From positions 174,775 through 238,774 of the forward strand of contig JACPGI010000004.1 in NCBI GenBank assembly GCA_016182565.1: DNA of 64,000 bases, read 5' to 3'. A program made the position numbers and the translations under genes. Source of the DNA: a candidate division WWE3 bacterium (lineage in GTDB: Bacteria > Patescibacteriota > WWE3 > UBA101185 > UBA10185). Shown here one piece after another: positions 47,710 to 57,602 of this stretch. The notes beneath the pieces are model-generated. The model was not told the origin of the DNA. It was given only the letters and a program-made list of their open reading frames with translations, and ran no database searches. Each line of letters opens with the position of its first letter. Positions within the stretch are counted from its first letter, which is position 1.

Positions 47710-48255
47710 TTATTTTACTTTCCCAGTACCTTTCTTGACAACTTTTATCTTTTTGTTTGGTTCAGTGGCTTTTTTAGATTCCTCATTGGTTTTTTCTTTG
47801 GCAGAAGCGTCAACTGAAGATTTTTTTGTAGTCTTGGTAGGTGATTTTGCGGTTTTTTCACTCATTTTAGTAGTTTTTTCTGTTTTTGGGTTTGCATCAA
47901 CTTTCTCAGATTTTACCTTTGTCTTAGCCTCAGCTTCAAATTTGGCTAATTCTTCAGATGTACCAAAAGAAACGATTTTAACCCTAGTCAGGGGCTGTAC
48001 ATGGCCATATACTCTTCTATGTCTGGATTTAGATCTAAATCTGGCAACTCTTATCTTTCTTGCTCGCTCTTCTCCTAAATTCTCGGCCATTACCTTAATA
48101 TCAGTCAAAAACGGCTCACCTACTAAGTATTTTTTACCATCAGAATAAAAGAGAACGTCGATATCAAGCTTTTCTTGCCTTTCAAGTGTAAAAATGTCTC
48201 CTTCAGAGACTATAAATTGTTTTGCACCTAATTTTATTATTGCGTATTTTTCCAT
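47710..48255 (-). CDS. rplU: 50S ribosomal protein L21 with Lys-rich C-terminal extension
   Basis: YAIIKLGAKQFIVSEGD L21 core plus an 80-aa K/T/E-rich tail. Confidence 0.8.
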   Translation of the reverse strand: MEKYAIIKLGAKQFIVSEGDIFTLERQEKLDIDVLFYSDGKKYLVGEPFLTDIKVMAENLGEERARKIRVARFRSKSRHRRVYGHVQPLTRVKIVSFGTSEELAKFEAEAKTKVKSEKVDANPKTEKTTKMSEKTAKSPTKTTKKSSVDASAKEKTNEESKKATEPNKKIKVVKKGTGKVK

Positions 48256-48356
48256 ATAATATCGGGATAAATCCCGGTTCCTTTACGTCATTGAGATCTT
48301 ACTATAAATCCATTGGTCTGGCAAGATATGTACGAGACTGGGTACAAAGGTGGGCG

Positions 48357-48665
48357 TTAAAAGAATTCTAAGACATTCAACTTTTCAATTAACCCCATAG
48401 AGTCGTCCCCCGCTACCCTATTTTTCCTTATTTCTTGGCATTTTTGACACTGATGCACTAAAACCTCCTCACCGTCCGGTTTATATATTTTTCCTATTGG
48501 TGCCATAGGGCCTCGGCAAGCTGATTTACGATCACCAATTCTTACATCAACATGTGCGGAGTAAAGACAAAATGGACAATGATTGCGGTTTTTAGTACCC
48601 CAAGCCTGCAAACTTACAGTTTTGCTGCAATTTATGCACTTGAAGCTACCAGTGTTAATTTGCAT
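48357..48665 (-). CDS. RNHCP-domain zinc-ribbon protein
   Basis: Carries the literal RNHCPFC motif and further Cys pairs. Confidence 0.5.
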   Translation of the reverse strand: MQINTGSFKCINCSKTVSLQAWGTKNRNHCPFCLYSAHVDVRIGDRKSACRGPMAPIGKIYKPDGEEVLVHQCQKCQEIRKNRVAGDDSMGLIEKLNVLEFF

Positions 48666-48734
48666 ATTTGATAGAAAACATAAAAGTAAGTTCTTAGAAA
48701 AAACTATGTATCAAGCCCTAAAACTTTTTCTTTA

Positions 48735-50084
48735 TTAGTTTACCTGAGCAGTACCTGCAATTATTAAAGTATCATAAGTCAAATTTGCATCTAATTCCTT
48801 ACCAATCTCAACTTTTGTAAATTTCTTGTTTAAATCAGATACAACTAGATCCTTGTATATGGAATTTGCGCTCTTAAATCTTATAAGTACAGCCTCCCTG
48901 TTGGACTCCTCAGCATCTCCTATTGCTACTACCTCGTAACCTAAGTTAGTTAAATAATCCCTAGTTCTTCCAGCAAGTCCGGCTATGCTTGTACCATTTT
49001 CTACTCGAATTTTAAGATAAGCTCTTTTTAATTCCGGCTTTTCGACACTGATTTCAGTAGGTTTTGCAGTAGGTGATGCCTCAACTGTGCTTTGAGAAGT
49101 ATTTTCTTTAGTTTCACTTAGAACACTTGATTCTGAGGCTGGAGCTTGGGCGAGATTATTTTGAAAGTTTTTCAAATATTTAGGTCCAAACGCCACCCCA
49201 CCTAGCACAAGAAGAGCTGCTGTAACCGCCCCCACATAAACTAAAGAATTTGAACGTTGTTTTACAGGCAGTGGGAGCAGATTCAACAAATTAGTCTGGC
49301 TTTCAAGAAGTTCTTGGTTTGCTTTGGCTAAGAAAATAAGGTTTGGATTTGTAAATGAAAGTTGTGTCACCTCAAAATCATCACCAAAAGTAAGGCCTGG
49401 CATATTCATAGAATAAATCTTTTTTATTGGTTTGGATCTCTCATACACCGAAAGTTTTTTTACAAGATCTGTAAGACCGTGAATATCTGTACTGTCTTTT
49501 ATTGACCCTATATGATAGATGCCATTTAATTCAGAAAGTACAAGCCCCACTCTGTCTTCGCTTGCCACAATAAAAATCTCAGGTTCGCCGGTATTTGTCA
49601 TTAATGATGGCAGAAGCATACCCCAAGGAACTATAGAGGCTAAAGAAAGACCTAAATTTGAGGAAACTTCAAGTAAACTCTCAATAATTTCTTTTTTTAC
49701 GGCCAAAAATTGATAAACGAATGGCGCAATTTTAAGCGCTGAAACAAAGGTGTCTTGCGCGTTAAGTTCCAAGTCAGTCAGTTTTTTTGAAATCTCTGCC
49801 TCTATAAAATCCTGCTCAGAGATAGATTCATTTTTATTGCTTAAAATAAATTTTGGATAAAAATCAGGTAAATCAATCAAAAAATGCAGGACTTGCTTTG
49901 GGGCTTTGCTCCCATAATTTTCAAAAATAAGCTGGCCTATAATTTCTGAGAGGGCTTTTGGATCTAAAATCTTAGAACCAAGCAATATATCATCTGAGAC
50001 TTTTTTTTCAAAAACGGTATCAGGAATAATTTGAGAGGAAATCCTAACAATACTGTTTGCTAAAAATATTACATAACCATTCAT
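48735..50084 (-). CDS. membrane protein with C-terminal LytR_C (LytR cell-envelope-related attenuator C-terminal) domain
   Basis: C-terminus IRVENGTSIAGLAGRTRDYLTNLGYEVVAIGDA. A central TM helix and an unassigned N-terminal cytoplasmic domain of roughly 270 aa. Confidence 0.5.
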   Translation of the reverse strand: MNGYVIFLANSIVRISSQIIPDTVFEKKVSDDILLGSKILDPKALSEIIGQLIFENYGSKAPKQVLHFLIDLPDFYPKFILSNKNESISEQDFIEAEISKKLTDLELNAQDTFVSALKIAPFVYQFLAVKKEIIESLLEVSSNLGLSLASIVPWGMLLPSLMTNTGEPEIFIVASEDRVGLVLSELNGIYHIGSIKDSTDIHGLTDLVKKLSVYERSKPIKKIYSMNMPGLTFGDDFEVTQLSFTNPNLIFLAKANQELLESQTNLLNLLPLPVKQRSNSLVYVGAVTAALLVLGGVAFGPKYLKNFQNNLAQAPASESSVLSETKENTSQSTVEASPTAKPTEISVEKPELKRAYLKIRVENGTSIAGLAGRTRDYLTNLGYEVVAIGDAEESNREAVLIRFKSANSIYKDLVVSDLNKKFTKVEIGKELDANLTYDTLIIAGTAQVN

Positions 50085-50099
50085 AGAAAATAATATAGC

Positions 50100-51161
50100 T
50101 TAATTAGCCTTATTTATCCAGACTGAATGCACAATCCCAAGAAGAATCATTGAAGTTAAAAGAGAACTCCCACCATACGATACCAAAGCAAGAGGAATTC
50201 CGGTTACTGGCATAAGTCCTAAATTCATCCCAATATTTATAAAAAACTGTGCAAAAAAAATAATAAATACACCCATTGCAAGAAAACTTCCAAAAGCGTC
50301 AGTTGCTTTAAGGGAGATGTACAATATAACCCCAAGTAGAGTTACATAAAGTGTTACTAAGCCCAAAACCCCTATAAATCCCCATTCTTCAGAAAAAGCT
50401 GCAAAGATAAAATCTGTCCAATAGATAGGCAAAAACTGAAGGTGAGACTGCGTGCCTCTACCAAATCCCCTACCATAAATTTGACCGGATCCTACAGCAA
50501 TCATAGACTGAATTACATTGTACCCGGCGCCAAGTGTATCAAGTGTCGGGTTTAGAAAAACCAAGATTCTTTGCTTTTGATAATCTTTAAGAAGTTGCCA
50601 TACCGGTTGAGAAAAAACCCCTACAACTAAAAAGGCAACTAAGTAATATAGTTTATTTAACCCCGCATACCAAAATATTCCAGCACTTACAAACAAAAGT
50701 ATCATGGAAGTTCCTAAATCGGGCTGTAAAAACACTAACAAAAAAAATGGCAATGTAACCAGAAATATAAAACCTAATTTTTTAAAGTTATAAATGCTTT
50801 CTTTATCCCTAGCAATTAAATGAGAAATTATTATTACAACAGCTATCTTTGCAAACTCGGATGGTTGCAAATGAAAAGCCCCAAGATCAAGCCAGCGGGT
50901 GGAGCCTAAAATTTCCTTGCCTATTACCACAACTGTAATAAGAAGTCCTATTGTGACGCCAAATATGGCCTTCCATAGATGTCCAAGCATTTTGTAATCA
51001 AAAAGGGACATTACCCAAAATACAATGTAGCCGACTAGGAAAAAAACTATCTGACTTGTAGATAAATCGGGATGAGTTGAAATAAGTGTGGTTTCACCAA
51101 GTGAAAAAATCAGTATAGGTAAGATAGCAAGAAACCAATTAATTTTCTTTTTTGATTGCAT
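50100..51161 (-). CDS. SEDS-family peptidoglycan glycosyltransferase (RodA/FtsW paralog)
   Basis: LQPSEFAKIA motif and 10 TM helices. Confidence 0.8.
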   Translation of the reverse strand: MQSKKKINWFLAILPILIFSLGETTLISTHPDLSTSQIVFFLVGYIVFWVMSLFDYKMLGHLWKAIFGVTIGLLITVVVIGKEILGSTRWLDLGAFHLQPSEFAKIAVVIIISHLIARDKESIYNFKKLGFIFLVTLPFFLLVFLQPDLGTSMILLFVSAGIFWYAGLNKLYYLVAFLVVGVFSQPVWQLLKDYQKQRILVFLNPTLDTLGAGYNVIQSMIAVGSGQIYGRGFGRGTQSHLQFLPIYWTDFIFAAFSEEWGFIGVLGLVTLYVTLLGVILYISLKATDAFGSFLAMGVFIIFFAQFFINIGMNLGLMPVTGIPLALVSYGGSSLLTSMILLGIVHSVWINKAN

Positions 51162-53979
51162 AATCCAAACCTGCTGTTAGAGAAATAGCCCCGACTGCGG
51201 CCTTGATTGATTCTTCAAATTTCAAAATAACATTTACTATTTCGGGCTTATTAGGATAAGTCACTTCTATAACATCTCCTACCTGTAAGCCCTCATTTTT
51301 TCGAAGACTTTGAATTGTTCTTATTATTTCCCTTAGTACTCTTTCTGATTCAAGCTCTTTGGAAACTTCGGTGTTTAATATGGTAAGTGGTACTTGTAAA
51401 GCGTTAAACTCGATATCTTTAACATTAACCTCATCTTTTACTATATCCTCGAAGTTAACCTTAATCTTTGAGCTAAAAGATTGTAGGGGTTGTCTTACTG
51501 GAATAGCGCTTACAACTCTTTGGGCTAAAGCTGCTGTTACAACCTCCCTGTCACTTTTCATCATCTCAACCAAAGATTCGTTTTGTTCAATGTAAGATGA
51601 ATCAGCTGTAGGATAAAAATCTAAATGCACCGATTCGAGCAAAGAATCATCATATGCCTTAAGGGACAGGTAAATTTTTTCGGTAAGAAATGGTATGAGA
51701 GGGGCTGAAGTTTTTGAAAATTGCAAAAGCACAAAATAAAGGGTGCTTAGCGCATCCACGTCTCCGTTTGAAATACGATCTCTTGATCTTCGGACATACC
51801 ATCTTGACAGATCATCCACAAAATCCTCAATAACTTTTACAGCAGATGGTACAGTATAATTTTCAATATACATAGAAAAATCTCGAATAGCCTCGTTTAA
51901 TCTTACTATTACCCATTGGTCTAAAACATTTTTACTTGTTGGGGTTTTTCCGCTTTGTAGATTTGTTGCTTTCCAGTTAAATTGGTCGGCATAAATCTTA
52001 AAAAAGTTTAAGGAATTTAACAGTGGGTTTAGCACGTTTCTTGATTTTGTCTTAAGTTCTATCTCGTCGAAATTAGCATTTTCCCCAATCATTAAAGGAG
52101 AAGCCATAAGATACAGTCGTAGGGCATCACCGCCAATTTTTTCAAGAAGTTCCTTTGGATCAGCGTAATTTCCATAAGTCTTACTCATCTTTCGGCCATC
52201 ATTACCAGCCATTGTGCCTGTAGCTATGACATTTTTAAATGAACTTTTACCAAAAATCGCCGTAGAAAGTCTATGCATCACATTAAACCAAGCCCTCACT
52301 TGCGCGATATATTCGACAATATAATCACCGGGAAAGTTCTCTTCAAATTTCTTAGTGTTCTCAAAAGGATAATGAAACTGAGCAAAGGGCATAGATCCGG
52401 CTTCAAACCAAGAGTCTAAAACCTCCTCTCGTCTTGTGTAGACTTTACCGCCTTTATTGATGACTATTTCGTCAATAAATGGTCGATGTAAATCAATTAC
52501 TTTCTGTCCGGAAAGCTTTTCTAACTCAGCAATTGATCCTACAACAATCCTATCCCCATCTTCGGCTTCCCATACTGGCATTGGAGTTGCCCAAAAACGT
52601 GTTCTTGAAATACACCAATCAGGAGAATTTTCGATGATTTGTTGAAACTGACCATCTTTTATATGTGATGGTACCCAATTTATAGTTTCATTGTTTTTGA
52701 GCATTTCGGGCTTTAAAGCTTGAACATTTATAAACCAAGAACTTTGGGCTCTGTGGATAAGCAAAGTGTCGCATCTATCATGGAATGGAAATCTGTGGGT
52801 GATTACAGAATCTTTAAACATGTTACCCTTTATCGTTAAATCTTCGCGGATAAACTTATTAGCTTTTTTGTAAAACATTTTCTCCCAAGGATTTGCGTTT
52901 TTGTCCCCCGGCTTAAAGTTTCCCTCATCATCAATTGCCATAGTCATAGAAAGACCATAGTGCTGTCCCATGTCAGTATCAATTTCTCCAAAACCCGGAG
53001 CGCTATGTACTATCCCAGTCCCCTCTTCCATGGTAACCATACCGGTGTAAGAATAACCTCTAAAATCTTTTTCATTTGAAATATAGATATCGTATAAAGG
53101 CTCATAAGAAAGTCCTACCAAATCCAAACCTTTAATTTCTTTTAGCACTTTTGCATTTTGAGAAAAATATAGACCAAATCTGTCTTTAGCAATTATGTAG
53201 TTAAAAGAGCCATCCTCTACTAGAAAATAAGTTGAGGACTCATCCACTACAAGAGCTCTATTTGAAGGTAAGGTCCAAGGAGTTGTAGTCCAAGCCAAAA
53301 TATAGGAATCTTTAAAAACACCTTCTGTTGTAACTTTAAATTTTATTGTAACTGCAGGATCTTCCACGTCTTTGTAGGAATTATCCATTGCAATCTCAAA
53401 GTTCGAAACGGGAGTTCCACAAGTTGGACAGTACAATGAAGTTCTCACACCTTCATAGATAAGTCCCTTGTCGTATAGCTGCTTAAATGCCCAAATGACA
53501 GACTCCATATATGTCTTATCAATTGTTTTGTAAGCATGTTCCATGTCCACCCATCGACCTATTTTGTCTATGTACCACTGCCACTCAGCTGATATTTCGG
53601 AAGTATATGTGTAACACTCTTTTGTAAATTTTTCCAAGCCAAAACTCAAAATATCACGTCTATTTTTTATGTCTAATTTTTTTTGAACTTTGTTTTCTAC
53701 AGTTAAGCCATGAGCATCCCATCCCCATATTCTCTCTACCCTTTTGCCCTTCATAGTGAAATATCTTGGAATAAGATCTTTAGCAATCGATCCTAGTAAA
53801 TGCCCATAATGGGGAAGTCCTGAAATAAATGGTGGGCCATCATAAAACACATATGAATTTTTTGGGTCTCGCTGAGTTACTGATTTCTCAAAGATTTTAT
53901 TTCTTCTCCAAAATTCCAACACCTCATTTTCAAGTTCCGGCATCGTTTTGTTTGTAGGTGTATTTAAAGATTTGTCCAT
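51139..53979 (-). CDS. ileS: isoleucine--tRNA ligase
   Basis: 946 aa; HIGH variant PHYGHLL; KMSKT; a C-terminal extension. Confidence 0.85.
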   Translation of the reverse strand: MDKSLNTPTNKTMPELENEVLEFWRRNKIFEKSVTQRDPKNSYVFYDGPPFISGLPHYGHLLGSIAKDLIPRYFTMKGKRVERIWGWDAHGLTVENKVQKKLDIKNRRDILSFGLEKFTKECYTYTSEISAEWQWYIDKIGRWVDMEHAYKTIDKTYMESVIWAFKQLYDKGLIYEGVRTSLYCPTCGTPVSNFEIAMDNSYKDVEDPAVTIKFKVTTEGVFKDSYILAWTTTPWTLPSNRALVVDESSTYFLVEDGSFNYIIAKDRFGLYFSQNAKVLKEIKGLDLVGLSYEPLYDIYISNEKDFRGYSYTGMVTMEEGTGIVHSAPGFGEIDTDMGQHYGLSMTMAIDDEGNFKPGDKNANPWEKMFYKKANKFIREDLTIKGNMFKDSVITHRFPFHDRCDTLLIHRAQSSWFINVQALKPEMLKNNETINWVPSHIKDGQFQQIIENSPDWCISRTRFWATPMPVWEAEDGDRIVVGSIAELEKLSGQKVIDLHRPFIDEIVINKGGKVYTRREEVLDSWFEAGSMPFAQFHYPFENTKKFEENFPGDYIVEYIAQVRAWFNVMHRLSTAIFGKSSFKNVIATGTMAGNDGRKMSKTYGNYADPKELLEKIGGDALRLYLMASPLMIGENANFDEIELKTKSRNVLNPLLNSLNFFKIYADQFNWKATNLQSGKTPTSKNVLDQWVIVRLNEAIRDFSMYIENYTVPSAVKVIEDFVDDLSRWYVRRSRDRISNGDVDALSTLYFVLLQFSKTSAPLIPFLTEKIYLSLKAYDDSLLESVHLDFYPTADSSYIEQNESLVEMMKSDREVVTAALAQRVVSAIPVRQPLQSFSSKIKVNFEDIVKDEVNVKDIEFNALQVPLTILNTEVSKELESERVLREIIRTIQSLRKNEGLQVGDVIEVTYPNKPEIVNVILKFEESIKAAVGAISLTAGLDYAIKKEN

Positions 53980-54091
53980 ATTTATTTTAATTTATTTAAC
54001 TGAAAACAAAGCTAAAGTCATGGGGATATAGTAACACCTGCAGGTAATTGGGAAAACTCCTTTTAGTATAGGCTTAAGCTTAGCAACTGCC

Positions 54092-54211
54092 TTACTTTGT
54101 TGAATTACTGCCAAAAATACCAAAAATACCACCAATAACTCCACCTATTACGGCGTCGATTACGGCAACTATTGGGGCAATTATGGCACCAAATATGGCA
54201 TCTATTATCAT
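54092..54211 (-). CDS. putative glycine-zipper micro-membrane-protein (39 aa)
   Basis: My own translation gives MIIDAIFGAIIAPIVAVIDAVIGGVIGGIFGIFGSNSTK. No strong SD precedes it; it sits on the same strand between ileS and the adenosyltransferase. Confidence 0.25.
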   Translation of the reverse strand: MIIDAIFGAIIAPIVAVIDAVIGGVIGGIFGIFGSNSTK

Positions 54212-54281
54212 GCAGACACATTAGCACACAAGGAATTTTATGTAAAATAGGAAATTTTGGCTAAATAAGAAAAATTACCAC

Positions 54282-54854
54282 TTAAACCTTACTTTCGGTG
54301 ACATTCCAAATTACATCTCTAACCCCGGCTAACTCATTTAGCTTTCTTGCCATAACAAAGAAAAAATCAGACATTCTATTTAAAAATTTTATGGCTTCTA
54401 GAAATTCCGGACATTCCTCTTTTAACTTGGAGCTTTCAAAAAAACTCACCAACTCCCTTTCGGCTCTTCTACAAACACTTCTACATAAATGACAAATTGC
54501 AGAAGACTCAGATCCACCCGGTAATATGAAATTGTTTAATGGGGTTAGTGAATTCTCAAGCTCATCAATAAGATTTTCTAATAATCTGGTTTTAGAAAAA
54601 AAGTCTAAATAAGCTTTGGGCTTCGTAGATGGATTTCCAACAAATGCTCCTAAAACTAAAAGATCATTTTGAAATCCCACTAAAACATCTCTTGCCTCAA
54701 CTGTAAATTTGCACGAGGCAATAAGTAGACCAACCCAACAATTTAATTCATCCAGGCTTCCTAAAACAGAAAATAACGGTTCAGACTTTTTCATTCGGTT
54801 TCCACCAAATGTACCTGTAGTTCCATTATCTCCTGTTCTAGTATAAATTGACAT
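54282..54854 (-). CDS. PduO-type ATP:cob(I)alamin adenosyltransferase
   Basis: N-terminus IYTRTGDNGTTG...DELNCWVG. Confidence 0.75.
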   Translation of the reverse strand: MSIYTRTGDNGTTGTFGGNRMKKSEPLFSVLGSLDELNCWVGLLIASCKFTVEARDVLVGFQNDLLVLGAFVGNPSTKPKAYLDFFSKTRLLENLIDELENSLTPLNNFILPGGSESSAICHLCRSVCRRAERELVSFFESSKLKEECPEFLEAIKFLNRMSDFFFVMARKLNELAGVRDVIWNVTESKV

Positions 54855-54860
54855 GTTTAG

Positions 54861-57446
54861 TTAGCATAAAGAAAATCCACATCCATAGCATTTTTGACAA
54901 CCTTCTTCTTTTACCAAAGTATGATTTCCACAATCAGGGCACATATCAGCAATTGCAAACGAAGAATATTTAGGCGTCTCTTTTGCTATTTGATTTTCGG
55001 GAGATTCTACTTTGGTAGTTCCGTTAATGTGGACTCGTAAGTTGAATTCTTCTGTAAAAACCTTTGCTAAAGCGTCCGGAATTGAAGTTACCTTATTTTG
55101 ACCAAATCCAACACTTCGTGAACCACCAATACCTACAAACTGAGAAACAATTTCCCTTACGGTATTAAGCGGATTTACGGAAGCCTGAAGCCAGCCGGAT
55201 AAAGCCCTCCCAAGTGCTTCTGATAAAGCAGCCACATCGCTTCCGGCTTTACCTACATTCATAAAAAGTTCTACAGGGTTTCCATCTATATCACGGTTTA
55301 GGGTTATATATGCTTTTCCTTGCGGAGTGGCCACTTTATACGTTGCCCCCATGAGTTTGTATTCTCTATCAGTAGAGCTTCCTCTTGTCACAGATGGCTC
55401 TGAGGAAGTTCTTGGAGTAACTAGCTTTTCAGATGCCACACTAGCGTCAGATATCTTTGCATCTTTGGTGGCTTTTGTTTCAAGAACAACTTCATCTCTA
55501 CTTCCAGTCACATACACGGTTAAACCCTTACAGCCTAATTCCCAACCCATTTTATATACCTTAGAAACATCTTCAGGTGTTGCACCGGCTGGGAAATTAC
55601 AAGTCTTTGAAATTGAGTTATCTATAAAAGCTTGGATAGATGCCTGCATCATGATGTGCTCCTCTGGTGTTATATCTGCAGAAACTACAAATGTGTTCTT
55701 CAACTCATCTGGAATACCTTTTATCTGCTGGCATGTGCCGGTATTTACAATCTCATCAACTATAGCTTTACGTTCATCTCCTATAATCCCCGCCTTGTCC
55801 AAAGCTTGAAGAAATGTGGGACTTACGTATGTAAGTGTTAAACCATTCTCGTCCATGGCAGCTTGATAAACATTTCTATAATAGGCAAGGGCAAAAACTG
55901 GTTCACAGCCATAGCCTTCAATGCCTGCAACAGTTGAGATGGTACCAGTTGGTGCAATTGTAGTTTGAGCGGCATTTCTAATACCATAAGTTTTGATGTC
56001 ACTTACTATCTCGTTCCAATCTAAAGAAGGTCTTTCAAAGTCCCTTCTGTATGGTCTAAGAGGTACTGGGGGAGTAAACGTAAAGTTTTCAGGATCATAC
56101 ATGCTTCCCTTAAAGGCCTTATATGTACCTCGCTCTTTTGCAAGCTCTATGGAAGTTTTCATAGAATGATATCTCATAAATTCTGCAACTTGCGCACTAA
56201 ATTCCTGACCAATCTCACTACCATACCTTATACCCACCTTATACATAACATCAGAAAGTCCCATAAAGCCAAGACCGATCCTTCTTGAATTGTCTGCAGC
56301 TTCTCGAAGCTGTGGTACCTCTGGAACAAAACCATTTGCAGTTACAACATTATCTAAAAATCTTGTAGACAAAACTATGCTTCTTCTAAACTCTTCCCAG
56401 TCAAATTTACCTCCCTTGGTAACATGCTCAGCAAGATTAATAGAACCTAAGCAACAGTTTTCGTAGGGCCCAAGCCATTGTTCACCACAAGGGTTTGTTG
56501 CTTTAAGATCATATAAGTGGGGCACAGGGTTTGATCTATTTGCAGCGTCCACAAATAAAACTCCAGGTTCACCATTTTTATGAGCATATTTTACAATCAT
56601 GTCATAAATCTCCCTTGCTCTTGGAGTTTCAGTAATTTGTTTGGTATGTGGGTCAATTAATTCATACGTCGTATCATCTTCTACAGCACGCATGAAAACA
56701 TCAGTAATAGCTATTGAGATATTAAAGTTTGCTACATGGCCTTCAGAAGATTTACATTTAATAAAATCCCTTACATCCGGATGATCCACACGAAGTACTG
56801 CCATATTTGCACCGCGTCTTACACCACCTTGGGCAATAACTCCAAATGCAGCATCATAAACTTCCAAAAAACCTACAGGGCCTGTTGCCTTTCCACCACT
56901 TCTTGAAACATAAGACCCCTTTGGTCTAAGATCAGAAAAAGAAAAACCATTCCCACCGCCGGTTTGTTGGATTAAAGCCGCATTTCTAAGAGTGGAAAAT
57001 ATCCCATCTTTACCTCTACCCATATCATCATCAATCGGGAGTACAAAACACGCTGCAAGCTGTCCCAATGGTGTACCCGCTCCTGTAAATGTCGGGGAAT
57101 TTGGAAAAAACTTTCTTGTAGTTAAAAGGTTATAAAATTCAATTTTGGAAAGTTCAACGTCACGGTACCCACTATCCGCTTGTGCAATAGCACTGGCTAT
57201 TCGGTCAAACATGCCTTCTATTGTTTCGCACGGTGTACCATCAGAATTTTTACGTAAATATCTTTTTTCAAGAATAGTCCTTGCATTATCAGACAATTCA
57301 ATTTTTTTGTTTTTTTCAGGGTAATTAGACAAGGCGGAACTTGCATTATCCCCTGACTTTAGAACGGAAGAATCATCCGCTGGTTCTAACCATTTCATAT
57401 AGGCAGAAGATTTAACGAGGCAACAAGCTTCCACTGCCGGAAACAA
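54861..57446 (-). CDS. nrdJ: adenosylcobalamin-dependent (class II) ribonucleotide reductase
   Basis: NPCGEQWL...CCLGSINL active-site region; C-terminal Cys-rich zinc ribbon; 861 aa. Confidence 0.85.
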   Translation of the reverse strand: MFPAVEACCLVKSSAYMKWLEPADDSSVLKSGDNASSALSNYPEKNKKIELSDNARTILEKRYLRKNSDGTPCETIEGMFDRIASAIAQADSGYRDVELSKIEFYNLLTTRKFFPNSPTFTGAGTPLGQLAACFVLPIDDDMGRGKDGIFSTLRNAALIQQTGGGNGFSFSDLRPKGSYVSRSGGKATGPVGFLEVYDAAFGVIAQGGVRRGANMAVLRVDHPDVRDFIKCKSSEGHVANFNISIAITDVFMRAVEDDTTYELIDPHTKQITETPRAREIYDMIVKYAHKNGEPGVLFVDAANRSNPVPHLYDLKATNPCGEQWLGPYENCCLGSINLAEHVTKGGKFDWEEFRRSIVLSTRFLDNVVTANGFVPEVPQLREAADNSRRIGLGFMGLSDVMYKVGIRYGSEIGQEFSAQVAEFMRYHSMKTSIELAKERGTYKAFKGSMYDPENFTFTPPVPLRPYRRDFERPSLDWNEIVSDIKTYGIRNAAQTTIAPTGTISTVAGIEGYGCEPVFALAYYRNVYQAAMDENGLTLTYVSPTFLQALDKAGIIGDERKAIVDEIVNTGTCQQIKGIPDELKNTFVVSADITPEEHIMMQASIQAFIDNSISKTCNFPAGATPEDVSKVYKMGWELGCKGLTVYVTGSRDEVVLETKATKDAKISDASVASEKLVTPRTSSEPSVTRGSSTDREYKLMGATYKVATPQGKAYITLNRDIDGNPVELFMNVGKAGSDVAALSEALGRALSGWLQASVNPLNTVREIVSQFVGIGGSRSVGFGQNKVTSIPDALAKVFTEEFNLRVHINGTTKVESPENQIAKETPKYSSFAIADMCPDCGNHTLVKEEGCQKCYGCGFSLC

Positions 57447-57602
57447 GATTATCGTCTCGCAAAATCTAGATTATAAATATTTACTTAGTACTTTGCTAAT
57501 ATTGCAGATTAACTGTTAGCAAACAATAGCTTTTATGTGCTGAAATTGAGTACAAATATTTGGGAACAATGCAATAAGATAATAAACCAATTTAAAAATT
57601 TG

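Noticed and set aside
47468-48148. 226-aa plus-strand ORF
   Set aside because: It is antisense to rpmA/rplU, and its product is low-complexity Phe/Leu/Ser-rich.
53980-54281. T-box leader upstream of ileS
   Set aside because: I looked for the conserved T-box sequence (AAnnnGGGTGGnACCGCG) on the minus strand and did not find it. Absence by eye is not conclusive; Rfam RF00230 would decide.
57447-57602. Cobalamin riboswitch upstream of nrdJ
   Set aside because: No B12-box-like element (rAGYCMGgAgaCCkGCc) is recognisable. B12 riboswitches normally control B12-independent isozymes or transporters, not nrdJ.
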